From an uncultured Rikenellaceae bacterium (GTDB lineage: Bacteria; Bacteroidota; Bacteroidia; Bacteroidales; VadinHA17): a stretch of DNA of 62,262 bases. Numbering within the stretch: position 1 is the first letter of the stretch; each line of letters begins with the position of its first letter. The notes under the pieces are model-generated. The model was not told where the DNA came from. It saw only the letters and a program-made list of their open reading frames with translations, and did no database searches. Of this stretch, positions 31,651 to 41,257 are shown piece by piece. The stretch is taken from the NCBI GenBank assembly GCA_964419775.1, contig CAYQRF010000003.1, positions 1-62,262 of the forward strand, written 5' to 3'. The translations under genes were made by a program, and so were the position numbers.

Positions 31651-31827
31651 TGTAAATGGTCAGTTTCTCATCGTTAACATACATAATTCCCGTTATATTG
31701 CACACGGTGTGTCAAATTTCGTTAATAAAAACCATTGTTCAAAAAATCACTGGCACGACTTCAATCCAAGGGCAATTTGTGTTTATTTTGTCAGGTGTGA
31801 ATCAATATGATCAAAAAATACCAAAAA

Positions 31828-32493
31828 ATGGAACAGATAAGCAAGTCAACTCTCGATTTCCTCACCGACCTGAAGTATCATAATGAAAGGGAGTGGTTCA
31901 ATGCGAACCGGAAGCGTTATGATGATGCAAAAGCTGAATATGAAAGGTTTGTGCAGGCCGTAATTGAAAGGATTGTTGACTTTGATCCCATCCTGAAGGG
32001 CCTTGAGGCCAAAAACTGCATGTACAGGATAAACAGGGACATCCGGTTCAGTCCCGATAAAACCATATATAAAACCCACCTGGGGGCCTTCATTGTGAAG
32101 GGAGGAAAGAAGAACGGCGACCGGTTTGCCGGGTATTACATTCACATCGAGCCGGGAAACAACAGCATGATTGCCGGCGGAGCCTACATGCCGCCGATGC
32201 CATGGCTTACCTCCATCAGAAATAATATTAACGAAAAAGGTGAATCCTTCCTGAAGATAATAAACAACCCTGAATTCAAAACTGTTTTCGGCGAGATTGA
32301 AGGAGAAAAGCTGAAAGGTGCGCCAAAGGGTTTTTCACGTGACAACCGATACTTCGACCTGCTTCGAATGAAGAGTTATCTTGCCTCAATAATCATTTCA
32401 GATAAGGACGTCTTAAGCACTGATTTTTTTGATTTTACAATCAAAGCATGTAAGGCAATGAAACCCCTTAACGACTTCCTGAATGATTACTGA
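31828..32493 (+). CDS. DUF2461 family protein
   Basis: NEREWFNANR, YRINRDIRFSPDKTIYK, GYYIHIEPG. Confidence 0.85.
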   Translation: MEQISKSTLDFLTDLKYHNEREWFNANRKRYDDAKAEYERFVQAVIERIVDFDPILKGLEAKNCMYRINRDIRFSPDKTIYKTHLGAFIVKGGKKNGDRFAGYYIHIEPGNNSMIAGGAYMPPMPWLTSIRNNINEKGESFLKIINNPEFKTVFGEIEGEKLKGAPKGFSRDNRYFDLLRMKSYLASIIISDKDVLSTDFFDFTIKACKAMKPLNDFLNDY

Positions 32494-32503
32494 TCGGTCT
32501 GGC

Positions 32504-32770
32504 TTATAAAATACATTTTGTGACCTTGAGGGTATCGATCCTCATTTTACCGTTAATATAAACGGTGGTATCCGAATTTTCCAGTTCATATAGCCTGATC
32601 TCAGTTTCAGTGCTGTTGCACATTTCCCGTGAGGCAGACACACTGAATGACTCTATCTTTTCGCTGTCGTTGACTATGATCTCGAAAGTCGTGGTACATT
32701 CATAGCAGTCTGAATCATTATTGCATGAAACCAGCAGGAATACAAACAGAATCCAAAGCATATTTTTCAT
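32504..32770 (-). CDS. Small hypothetical lipoprotein
   Basis: Signal peptide with LVSC lipobox, CYEC motif; directly downstream of typA. Confidence 0.6.
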   Translation of the reverse strand: MKNMLWILFVFLLVSCNNDSDCYECTTTFEIIVNDSEKIESFSVSASREMCNSTETEIRLYELENSDTTVYINGKMRIDTLKVTKCIL

Positions 32771-32786
32771 AACAGGTATTCCTCTC

Positions 32787-34568
32787 CTATAGTTTTTTTA
32801 CACCGGGTATCTTTCTGATACGTAGGTTCAGCGGGGTAACTTCGAGGTACTCGTCATCCTTGATCTGCTCCATTGATTCCTCGAGCGAGTATCTGATCCT
32901 GGGTGCTATCCTGTAGCTCTCATCTGAACCCGATGCCCTCATGTTTGTCAGTTTCTTCCCCTTTATAATGTTGACTTCAATGTCTTTTGCCCTGGTACTT
33001 TCACCGATCACCTGACCTCTGTACACGTTGTCACCCGGATCGATGTAGAAGCGTCCCCTGTCCTGCAGCCTGTCGAGGGCATGACCTGTCGCCATTCCCT
33101 CGTCGAGGGACACTATTGAACCGTAAGGCTCAGGCAGAAGATCATCTCCCTTATATTTGTCATAAGCCCTGAACCTGTGATACATGACAGCTTCACCCGA
33201 TGTTGCCGTCAGCATATTGTTTCGCAGGCCGATAAGTCCTCTCGAGGGTATGTCAAATTCAAGGTGTATCAGATCGCCTTTCGGTTCTATCACGGTCATT
33301 TCTCCTTTTCTTATTGTGACAAGTTCTATTGCCCTGCCCGATGAACTGGCAGGAACATCCACCGACAGTGTTTCGTAAGGTTCGCATTTCACTCCGTCGA
33401 TTACCTTCAGCAGTACCTTCGGCTTTCCGACCTGAAACTCATATCCTTCCCGTCTCATGGTCTCGATCAGAATCGAGAGGTGGAGAATTCCCCTTCCGAA
33501 GACGTTGAAGGTGTCCTCTGAACCAGTTTCTTCAACTCTCAGAGCGAGATTTTTCTCAGTCTCCCTGATAAGCCTCGTACGCAAATGACGGGAAGTGACA
33601 AATTTACCTTCTTTTCCGTAGAGGGGCGAATTATTTATGGTAAAGACCATACTCATTGTAGGTTCGTCGACCTCAATTCTCTGGAGCGCCTCAGGTGAAA
33701 TCAGATCCGCCAGGGTATCCCCTATCTCAAAATCCTCAAGACCGATAACCGCACACAGATCGCCGCATCTGACCCTGTCAGCCTTAACCCTGCCAAGCCC
33801 CTCAAAGACATATAGTTCCTTAACCCTTACCTTTTTGACTTCGCCCCCCTTCTTGCAGAGAGTATAGTCGCTTCCTGCAACGATATCACCCCTGAAGACC
33901 CTTCCGATTGCGATTCTTCCCACGTAGCTTGAGTAATCGAGTGAGGCCACCTGCATCTGAGCTGTTCCTTCAACATAACGGGGTGCAGGAATCTGTTCAA
34001 GGATTGTGTCGAGAAGAGCGGTGATATCCTCGGTGGGTTTCTTCCAGTGACTGCTCATCCATCCATGTTTGGAGGATCCGAACAATGTTTCAAAATCAAG
34101 CTGGTCGTCGGAGGCATCGAGGTTGAACATCAGGTCGAAGATATCCTGCTGCACCTCATCGGGCCGGCAGTTCTCCTTATCAACTTTATTAACAACTACA
34201 ATCGGCTTCAGTCCCAGGTTTATTGCCTTTCCAAGCACAAACCTGGTCTGGGGCATCGGTCCTTCAAAGGCATCAACAAGCAGAAGGACTCCGTCAGCCA
34301 TTTTGAGCACCCTCTCCACTTCACCGCCGAAATCGGCATGTCCTGGTGTATCTATAATATTGATTTTAATCCCCTTGTAATTAACGGAAACATTCTTCGA
34401 AGTAATTGTGATTCCCCTTTCCCTCTCAAGATCATTGCTGTCGAGGATCAGGTCGCCCGCATCCTTTCTTCCATCCAGCACCTTGCACTCCTGGATGATA
34501 CGGTCGACCAGGGTGGTCTTGCCGTGGTCAACGTGTGCAATTATAGCGACATTCCTTATTTGCTGCAT
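32787..34568 (-). CDS. typA: Translational GTPase TypA/BipA
   Basis: AHVDHGKTTLVD, ERERGITI, GRGILHLSILIETMRREG, KKLTNMRASG. Confidence 0.96.
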   Translation of the reverse strand: MQQIRNVAIIAHVDHGKTTLVDRIIQECKVLDGRKDAGDLILDSNDLERERGITITSKNVSVNYKGIKINIIDTPGHADFGGEVERVLKMADGVLLLVDAFEGPMPQTRFVLGKAINLGLKPIVVVNKVDKENCRPDEVQQDIFDLMFNLDASDDQLDFETLFGSSKHGWMSSHWKKPTEDITALLDTILEQIPAPRYVEGTAQMQVASLDYSSYVGRIAIGRVFRGDIVAGSDYTLCKKGGEVKKVRVKELYVFEGLGRVKADRVRCGDLCAVIGLEDFEIGDTLADLISPEALQRIEVDEPTMSMVFTINNSPLYGKEGKFVTSRHLRTRLIRETEKNLALRVEETGSEDTFNVFGRGILHLSILIETMRREGYEFQVGKPKVLLKVIDGVKCEPYETLSVDVPASSSGRAIELVTIRKGEMTVIEPKGDLIHLEFDIPSRGLIGLRNNMLTATSGEAVMYHRFRAYDKYKGDDLLPEPYGSIVSLDEGMATGHALDRLQDRGRFYIDPGDNVYRGQVIGESTRAKDIEVNIIKGKKLTNMRASGSDESYRIAPRIRYSLEESMEQIKDDEYLEVTPLNLRIRKIPGVKKL

Positions 34569-34685
34569 ATATTTGTATAAAGACCTGCAAAAGTAATATT
34601 GTTGACTTTATTAATGCTAAAAACGTTTAAAATAATATTGAATGAAAAAAACTCATATATTTCGTCAAATTTAAAACCCGGAAAC

Positions 34686-35222
34686 ATGAAAAGATTGATT
34701 TTCACTCTCTTCTTCACCATTTTTGCGTGTACAGCAATGTTTGCCCAGACCGGCAAGCTCGAAGTAGGCATGAAGGTTCCCGAATGGACCTTTCCCGATG
34801 CCGACAAAAACGATTTCACCATGAATTCATGGCAAGGCAAGGTACTGCAGATCAACTATGTCGATCCTGACGAATCGGATCTTAACGATGAATTCAACGA
34901 TGCAATCGACAAGGCTACCGACGTGGATAAGATAATAGACAAGGAATATTTCAAGGGATTCGGCATTGTCGATAACAAATCGACATGGAAGCCGAATGGT
35001 CTTATCAGGGTAATTGCCGGAAACAAGGCGAAGAAATACGATACCACCATTCTGTTTGATTATGATGGCAAGCTTCATTCCGACTGGGGAATGCCGAAAG
35101 ACAGCTACACTGTTGTGATAGTTGACAAAAACAGGGTTTGCAGGTATATCTACTCCGGGAAGATCCCCGCTTCGGAGAATGAAAAGATCATCAGGATGAT
35201 AATTGAGCTGACAAAGGAATAG
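34686..35222 (+). CDS. Secreted thioredoxin-like fold protein (YtfJ-like)
   Basis: Signal peptide, LEVGMKVP..., WQGKV, DYDGKL...WG, VVIVDKN; no CxxC. Confidence 0.6.
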   Translation: MKRLIFTLFFTIFACTAMFAQTGKLEVGMKVPEWTFPDADKNDFTMNSWQGKVLQINYVDPDESDLNDEFNDAIDKATDVDKIIDKEYFKGFGIVDNKSTWKPNGLIRVIAGNKAKKYDTTILFDYDGKLHSDWGMPKDSYTVVIVDKNRVCRYIYSGKIPASENEKIIRMIIELTKE

Positions 35223-35224
35223 TA

Positions 35225-36052
35225 TCAGTCGGCTTCGCTCACATCAGTAATATCGCTTCCCAGCCTGGCTTTTATGCGCTGGAGGTCATTTTTCATTATG
35301 GCAATTGACTGGAATATCTGTTTCTCAGGCATAACGGGTTCAGGCAGTTCGCTGCTGATGTAATTGACGAATTTCCATATCTCCTTGACCTCATTAATAT
35401 GAATCTCATAAGGTTCATATAGAGGATTCAGTGAGAAAAGGGTTAATCTTCCGTTCTTCCGGATATTATTTTCAACTATCTTGAATACAATACCATCGTC
35501 GATGGTGAAGACGATATATGCTTTCCCGTTCATCAGTTCCGACCAGTCCTGGATAAATTCCCCGGTAACCCATGACCCGTCGGGTATCGGGAACATTGAA
35601 TCCCCTTTCAGCTGAAAAGTCCGGTACTTTCTTTTATCGGAAAGAAACGGCAGGTGGAACACCGGAAGCTCCCCGATGTATTCCGGATCGGCATACCCGG
35701 TTGTGTATCCCGCCTTTGCCTTTTCAGTAACCAGTTCGATGTTTTCCCTGTTGCCTGAATTGACCGTGGTGGCAAGCACGCGCAGGTTGCTTCCCTTCAC
35801 ATAGGCATCGTACCCTCTCTCGAGCTCCCCAAGCTGGCTCTCCGACAGTTTTGCAATATCGATCTTGAGAAGAGTGTCGATCGACATGTTGAAATATCCC
35901 GAAAATGAAACAAGTACATCTATTCCGGGCTGGGCCACGCCGTTCTCATACCCGCTAAGGGTTGAACGCTTCAGGTCAAGGGCCGCAGCAACATCATCCT
36001 GGGTGCGCCCCTTCCTTTTTCTTAAAAATTTTATGTTGGATGCGAAGTACAT
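35225..36052 (-). CDS. XRE HTH plus S24 peptidase (LexA/CI-like) repressor
   Basis: N-terminal HTH (NIKFLRK..TQDDVA..L.LKRSTLSGYE), Ala-Gly site KAKAGY, catalytic Ser in GDSM and Lys in VFKIV. Confidence 0.88.
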   Translation of the reverse strand: MYFASNIKFLRKRKGRTQDDVAAALDLKRSTLSGYENGVAQPGIDVLVSFSGYFNMSIDTLLKIDIAKLSESQLGELERGYDAYVKGSNLRVLATTVNSGNRENIELVTEKAKAGYTTGYADPEYIGELPVFHLPFLSDKRKYRTFQLKGDSMFPIPDGSWVTGEFIQDWSELMNGKAYIVFTIDDGIVFKIVENNIRKNGRLTLFSLNPLYEPYEIHINEVKEIWKFVNYISSELPEPVMPEKQIFQSIAIMKNDLQRIKARLGSDITDVSEAD

Positions 36053-36061
36053 GAAAAAAAT

Positions 36062-36103
36062 TGATTATATTGTAATCATAACTTTGATTAATTTCTAATC
36101 AAA
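36062..36103. promoter_or_regulatory. Two tandem palindromic operators TGATTA-N5-TAATCA
   Basis: TGATTA-TATTG-TAATCA (36062-36078) and TTTGATTA-ATTTC-TAATCAAA (36083-36103), between the divergent repressor and dinB. Confidence 0.7.
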
Positions 36104-36200
36104 AATAAGATATGTTTATGAGAAATGCAAATATTTTAAAGAAAGTTTCTCATTTATAATTGTTAGTCGAACCGGTTTCAATAATTACAGTCATTTTACC

Positions 36201-37466
36201 ATGTTCACTGCAGGCAATACGGAAAGATCTGTTCTCCATCTCGATATGGATACGTTTTTCGTATCGGTTGAGAGGCTTCGCAACAGCAGTCTTGCCGGCA
36301 AGCCCGTCATCATCGGCGGCATGTCGGACAGGGGTGTCGTATCGAGCTGCAGCTATGAAGCACGTAAATATGGTGTCAGTTCGGCAATGCCGATGAAGAT
36401 GGCCAGAAGTCTTTGTCCCGATGCGATAATAATCAGGGGCGACATGGAGGCATACAGCAACTATTCGCATATGGTTACGGATATAATTGCCGAACGATCG
36501 CCCCTCTATGAAAAAGCATCAATCGATGAGCACTATATCGACCTGACTGGCATGGACCGCTTTTACGGGTGCTACAAATGGTCGCACGAGCTCAGGCAGC
36601 GTATCATAAAGGAGACAGGCCTGCCCATATCTATCGGACTTTCGGTCAACAAGACAGTATCGAAGATAGCGGCAGGGGAAGCAAAGCCCAACGGAGAGAA
36701 GGAAGTGGCAGTGGAGCGGGTTCACCCCTTTCTCGATCCGCTTTCGATAAGCAAGATACCCATGGTCGGGCAGAAGACTTACCACACCCTCCGCTCGATG
36801 GGCATCGTTACCATTTACACCCTGAGGAACATTCCGCCCGAGATGCTTGAAACGCTCATGGGCAGGAACGGGATGGAAATATGGAAGCGGGCCAACGGAA
36901 TCGACTCCACTCCCGTAATGAGCTACTCGGAACAGAAGTCCATAAGCACCGAGCATACCTTCGATAAGGACACCACCGACATGGTCAGGCTGAACCAGCT
37001 TCTTTCCGGCATGGTTGAAAAGATAGCATACGATCTCAGAAAACAGGAGAAGCTCACGTCCTGCATAACTGTAAAAATAAGGTATTCAAACTTCGACACC
37101 CACACGCTTCAGAAAAGGATACCATACACCTCTTTCGATCATGTCCTTTCGGGAGTTGCCAAAGAGCTTTTCGGCAGACTCTACCAGCGGCGAATGCTCA
37201 TAAGGCTGATTGGCGTCAGATTCAGCCACCTGGTAAGGGGCGTTCAGCAACTCGACATGTTCGATGACACTCCTGAGAAGGTAAACCTTTACCTGGCAAT
37301 GGACAATATCCGCAACCGCTTCGGCCGCGATGCCGTGCGCCGTGCCGTCGGAGTAATGACAGCCTCTGAAAGGGAGGAAAAAGCCATACGGCAACTGGAA
37401 AATGCCATCAACGAGCAGAAGATGATGGAGGAAAGACTTAAGAAATATATGATGTATGGACATTAA
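36201..37466 (+). CDS. dinB: DNA polymerase IV (Y family)
   Basis: HLDMDTFFVSVE, SYEARKYGV, ASIDEHY, clamp-binding-like QLDMF. Confidence 0.93.
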   Translation: MFTAGNTERSVLHLDMDTFFVSVERLRNSSLAGKPVIIGGMSDRGVVSSCSYEARKYGVSSAMPMKMARSLCPDAIIIRGDMEAYSNYSHMVTDIIAERSPLYEKASIDEHYIDLTGMDRFYGCYKWSHELRQRIIKETGLPISIGLSVNKTVSKIAAGEAKPNGEKEVAVERVHPFLDPLSISKIPMVGQKTYHTLRSMGIVTIYTLRNIPPEMLETLMGRNGMEIWKRANGIDSTPVMSYSEQKSISTEHTFDKDTTDMVRLNQLLSGMVEKIAYDLRKQEKLTSCITVKIRYSNFDTHTLQKRIPYTSFDHVLSGVAKELFGRLYQRRMLIRLIGVRFSHLVRGVQQLDMFDDTPEKVNLYLAMDNIRNRFGRDAVRRAVGVMTASEREEKAIRQLENAINEQKMMEERLKKYMMYGH

Positions 37467-37550
37467 GGCGTTAAGGCATGAAGGCGTGAAGGCATCAGGG
37501 CGCGAATGTTGGAGCCGTCAAACCTTAATGCCTTAATGCCGTCAAACCTT
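37461..37550. repeat. Inverted arrays of octamer repeats between dinB and dnaE
   Basis: CATTAAGG CGTTAAGG CATGAAGG CGTGAAGG CATCAGGG followed by CCGTCAAA CCTTAATG CCTTAATG CCGTCAAA CCTT. Confidence 0.75.
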
Positions 37551-37557
37551 TTCTTAA

Positions 37558-40494
37558 ATGTATATAAACTGTCATTCATATTACAGTCTCCGCTACGGGA
37601 TGATGTCGGTCGAACAGCTTGTTCTGAATGCTGTTGCGGCCGGAGAGGACTGCATTGCAATGACCGACATAAACAACTCGACAGGGATCCCCGAATTTGC
37701 CGGCGAATGCATTAAAAACGGCATCAGGCCGCTTGCCGGGATTGAGTTCCGGAACGACAATGACCTGCTGTATATCTGCATTGCACGTAACAACGAAGGA
37801 ATGAGGGAACTCAACGAGTTCCTGTCAGCACACAACTTTGACAAGACTCCCCTGCCCTTCCCCTCACCTGAATTTTCACATGCCTACTCCGTCTACCCTC
37901 TTTCCGGAATCCCCGAAAGGCCCTTGCTCGATAATGAACGCATCGGAATAAGACCTTCAGAGATCAACAGGCTGGTGACAATGCCGGGATCAGTCTCCAG
38001 AAACTCCATGGTGCTTCTCCAGCCTGTGACATTTGCTGCGGAGGATGACATCTTCATCCATAAAAGCCTGCGGGCAGTCGACAATAACATACTTCTGAGC
38101 CATCTGAAGCCGTCGCAGTGCGGCGCTGAGGATGAGTTCTTCATGCCTCCCGGAAAAAAGAACCGCCTGATGCGCGAACACGAATGGCTGATGAAGAACA
38201 CCGAAAAGCTGATGGGCGACTGTTCCCTGAACTTCGACCTCACCACACTGAAAAACAAGAAAGTATTCTCGGCAAGCAGGTACGACGACAGGCTTCTGCT
38301 CGAAAAACTGGCATGGGACGGCATGCTGTACAGGTACGGCAGCCATAATGCTGAAGCGGAAAGGAGAATAAGGCATGAACTTGAAATCATCGACAAGCTT
38401 GGCTTTTCGGCCTATTTTCTGATCACCTGGGATATTGTAAGGTATTCAATGTCGAGGGGATTCTATCATGTGGGGCGCGGCAGCGGAGCAAATTCCATCA
38501 TTGCATACTGCCTTAAAATTACTAATGTTGACCCCATTGATCTGAACCTTTACTTCGAGCGGTTCATAAACCCGAAAAGAAGCAGTCCTCCCGACTTCGA
38601 CATCGATTATTCGTGGAAAGAGAGAGACGAGGTCATTGACTATATTTTCAAGAGATACGGGAGAAAGCATACTTCCCTGCTGGGCACTATCAGCACCTTC
38701 AGGGGCAAGTCGATAGTGCGTGAACTGGGAAAGGTCCACGGGCTTCCAAAGGAGGAGATCGACAACCTGATCGACAACCCGGCTTCAGAGGCAAACAGGA
38801 ACGAAATATCCGGGCTTATCTTTTCTACCGGGCTCCGAATAGCTGATTTTCCTAATATGAGGAGTATCCATGCCGGTGGAATCCTTATCTCGGAGGAGCC
38901 AATAACCTGTTACACGGCGCTCGACATGCCGCCCAAAGGATTTCCGGTGACACAATGGGATATGTATACGGCCGAGGAAATCGGGTTTGAAAAGCTCGAT
39001 ATCCTGAGCCAGCGCGGGATAGGTCATATACGGGAAAGCGCTGAAATAATCCTGAAAAACAGGTCAATAGATGTTGATGTACATGCCATCCAGAAATTCA
39101 AAAGCGATCCTAAGGTAATGGACCGTCTGAGGAGAGGTGACACCAAAGGCTGTTTCTATATAGAAAGTCCCTCGATGAGGGGCCTTCTTCAGAAGCTCCG
39201 CTGCGACAATTACCCCGTTTTGGTAGCGGCAAGCTCGATAATCAGACCGGGAGTCGCCCGTTCGGGAATGATGAGGGAATACATACACAGGTTCCATAAT
39301 CCCGATAAATTTGATTATATCCACCCTGTAATGAAGGAGCAGCTTGAAGAGACCTTCGGCGTAATGGTTTACCAGGAGGATGTGCTTAAGGTTTGCCACC
39401 ATTTTGCCGGCCTCGACCTTTCCGATGCCGACACACTCAGGAGGGCAATGAGCGGAAAGCACAGGTCGAAACAGGAAATGCAGAAGATTGTCGACAGGTT
39501 CTTCAGCAATTGCCGCGAAAAGGGTTACAGCGAAGAAATAACCCGTGAAGTATGGAGGCAGATCGAATCGTTCGCAGGGTATTCGTTCTCAAAAGCCCAC
39601 TCTGCATCCTATGCGGTCGAAAGCTTTCAGAGCCTTTACCTGAAAGCCCATTTCCCCCTCGAATTCATGGTGGCGGTGATAAATAATTTCGGCGGTTTCT
39701 ACCGTACATGGGTATACGTCCATGAAGCCCGAAGATGCGGCGCAGCCATTAATCCTCCATGTGTAAACAAAAGCACTTACAAAACAACTATTTACGGATC
39801 AGATATTTACCTTGGATTCATTCATATTCAGAGCATTGAGGAAAAACTTGCCAGGTCGGTCGAGGTAATCCGCAGCGAAGGAGGACCCTTCACAAGTCTG
39901 AATGACTTCGTCGAAAGAGTTTGTCCCGGACTTGAACAGCTGATTCTGCTGATCCGGACGGGAGCGTTCAGATTCACGGGCAAGAAGAAAGCAGTGCTGC
40001 TGTGGGAGGCTCACATGGCAATCAACGGGACCAGGCATGAAAACATCCGCCCGCTTTTTTCGCAGCCGGTCCGCAGTTTTAACCTCCCCGACCTTGTGCA
40101 CGACAGTCTCGATGATGCTTACGACGAGATCGAGCTGATAGGTTTTCCCGTTTCAATAAGCTGGTTCGACATGCTCGAAACATCATTCAGGGGTGAGATA
40201 CAGGCAAACGATATGCTAAGCCATTGCGGGAAGAAAGTCAGGATGGTCGGGCACCTTGTCAATATCAAATACATCAAAACCATCAAGGGGGAATGGATGA
40301 ATTTCGGATGCTTTATCGATCCTGAAGGAAATTTCTTCGATACAACTCATTTCTCACAGTCGCTCAGCAAATATCCTTTCAAGGGAAGCGGAACCTATCT
40401 TATCCTTGGGAAGGTTGTGGAGGAGTTTGGTTATCCCTCACTCGAAGCCGAAAAGCTTGCAAAGCTTCCTGTCAAACCCGACAAGAGATACTGA
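37558..40494 (+). CDS. dnaE: Secondary C-family DNA polymerase III alpha subunit (DnaE2-like, short form)
   Basis: PHP start HSYYS, GRGSGANS, PDFDID, HAGG, FAGYSFSKAHSASYA; 978 aa; follows dinB. Confidence 0.88.
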   Translation: MYINCHSYYSLRYGMMSVEQLVLNAVAAGEDCIAMTDINNSTGIPEFAGECIKNGIRPLAGIEFRNDNDLLYICIARNNEGMRELNEFLSAHNFDKTPLPFPSPEFSHAYSVYPLSGIPERPLLDNERIGIRPSEINRLVTMPGSVSRNSMVLLQPVTFAAEDDIFIHKSLRAVDNNILLSHLKPSQCGAEDEFFMPPGKKNRLMREHEWLMKNTEKLMGDCSLNFDLTTLKNKKVFSASRYDDRLLLEKLAWDGMLYRYGSHNAEAERRIRHELEIIDKLGFSAYFLITWDIVRYSMSRGFYHVGRGSGANSIIAYCLKITNVDPIDLNLYFERFINPKRSSPPDFDIDYSWKERDEVIDYIFKRYGRKHTSLLGTISTFRGKSIVRELGKVHGLPKEEIDNLIDNPASEANRNEISGLIFSTGLRIADFPNMRSIHAGGILISEEPITCYTALDMPPKGFPVTQWDMYTAEEIGFEKLDILSQRGIGHIRESAEIILKNRSIDVDVHAIQKFKSDPKVMDRLRRGDTKGCFYIESPSMRGLLQKLRCDNYPVLVAASSIIRPGVARSGMMREYIHRFHNPDKFDYIHPVMKEQLEETFGVMVYQEDVLKVCHHFAGLDLSDADTLRRAMSGKHRSKQEMQKIVDRFFSNCREKGYSEEITREVWRQIESFAGYSFSKAHSASYAVESFQSLYLKAHFPLEFMVAVINNFGGFYRTWVYVHEARRCGAAINPPCVNKSTYKTTIYGSDIYLGFIHIQSIEEKLARSVEVIRSEGGPFTSLNDFVERVCPGLEQLILLIRTGAFRFTGKKKAVLLWEAHMAINGTRHENIRPLFSQPVRSFNLPDLVHDSLDDAYDEIELIGFPVSISWFDMLETSFRGEIQANDMLSHCGKKVRMVGHLVNIKYIKTIKGEWMNFGCFIDPEGNFFDTTHFSQSLSKYPFKGSGTYLILGKVVEEFGYPSLEAEKLAKLPVKPDKRY

Positions 40495-40500
40495 TTCATG

Positions 40501-41211
40501 TCATTGGATCCCTCCGCCGGGTACGATGTCATCACCTGAAGATTCCCTGAAGACCGAGGCATTCGATGCCACCGACATATGCCTGAAACCCAGAAACCAG
40601 AAATAGATAAACAGCGGAATAAATATCGAGAGGAAAACCGGGGAATTGGCCATCAGCAGAAAATCATACAGCCCGTGAAACACGAATGGCAGGAAGAAGG
40701 CAAGCAGGAGATAGATTCCCCGGTACTTCGGATAGAATTTTGCCATTCCGAAATAGTAACCCATTACAACGCCAAAAAGTGCGTGAGCCGGAACCGCGGT
40801 GAGCGCTCTTACGAGCCCGACCGAATACCCGCCGGAAATAACATAGATAATATTCTCGATCCCTGCGAATCCCAGCGAAATGTACACTGCGTATACTATG
40901 CCATCAAAGCGTTCATTGAAATGCCTGCTCTTCCAGAAGAAGAACAGAAAAGCAAGGTATTTCATCCCTTCCTCGGTCAGCCCTGCAACAACAAAAGCTA
41001 CATAGGCCGCATTTGAGATGCCCTCGAGGTTCTCCGAAGGTACCTGAAGAAGTCTCTCAATCAATACTACAGGTAACACAATTACAACACCTGCCAGCAA
41101 GGCTTTTAAAAGAAATGATAACGGCTCCTTTTCATACTTGTCCCTGCTGTAGATATAGAATGCGATGATCAGTATTGGTGCGAGCGAAATAAACAAAAGA
41201 CTGTTGAACAT
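40501..41211 (-). CDS. PrsW family intramembrane glutamic protease
   Basis: DKYEKEP, EEGMK, GFAGIEN, AVPAHA, HGLYD motifs; hydrophobic. Confidence 0.88.
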   Translation of the reverse strand: MFNSLLFISLAPILIIAFYIYSRDKYEKEPLSFLLKALLAGVVIVLPVVLIERLLQVPSENLEGISNAAYVAFVVAGLTEEGMKYLAFLFFFWKSRHFNERFDGIVYAVYISLGFAGIENIIYVISGGYSVGLVRALTAVPAHALFGVVMGYYFGMAKFYPKYRGIYLLLAFFLPFVFHGLYDFLLMANSPVFLSIFIPLFIYFWFLGFRHMSVASNASVFRESSGDDIVPGGGIQ

Positions 41212-41257
41212 GGGGGTGTCGGATTAGGTTTGGTTTTCCGGATTCAAGGATCAGCTT

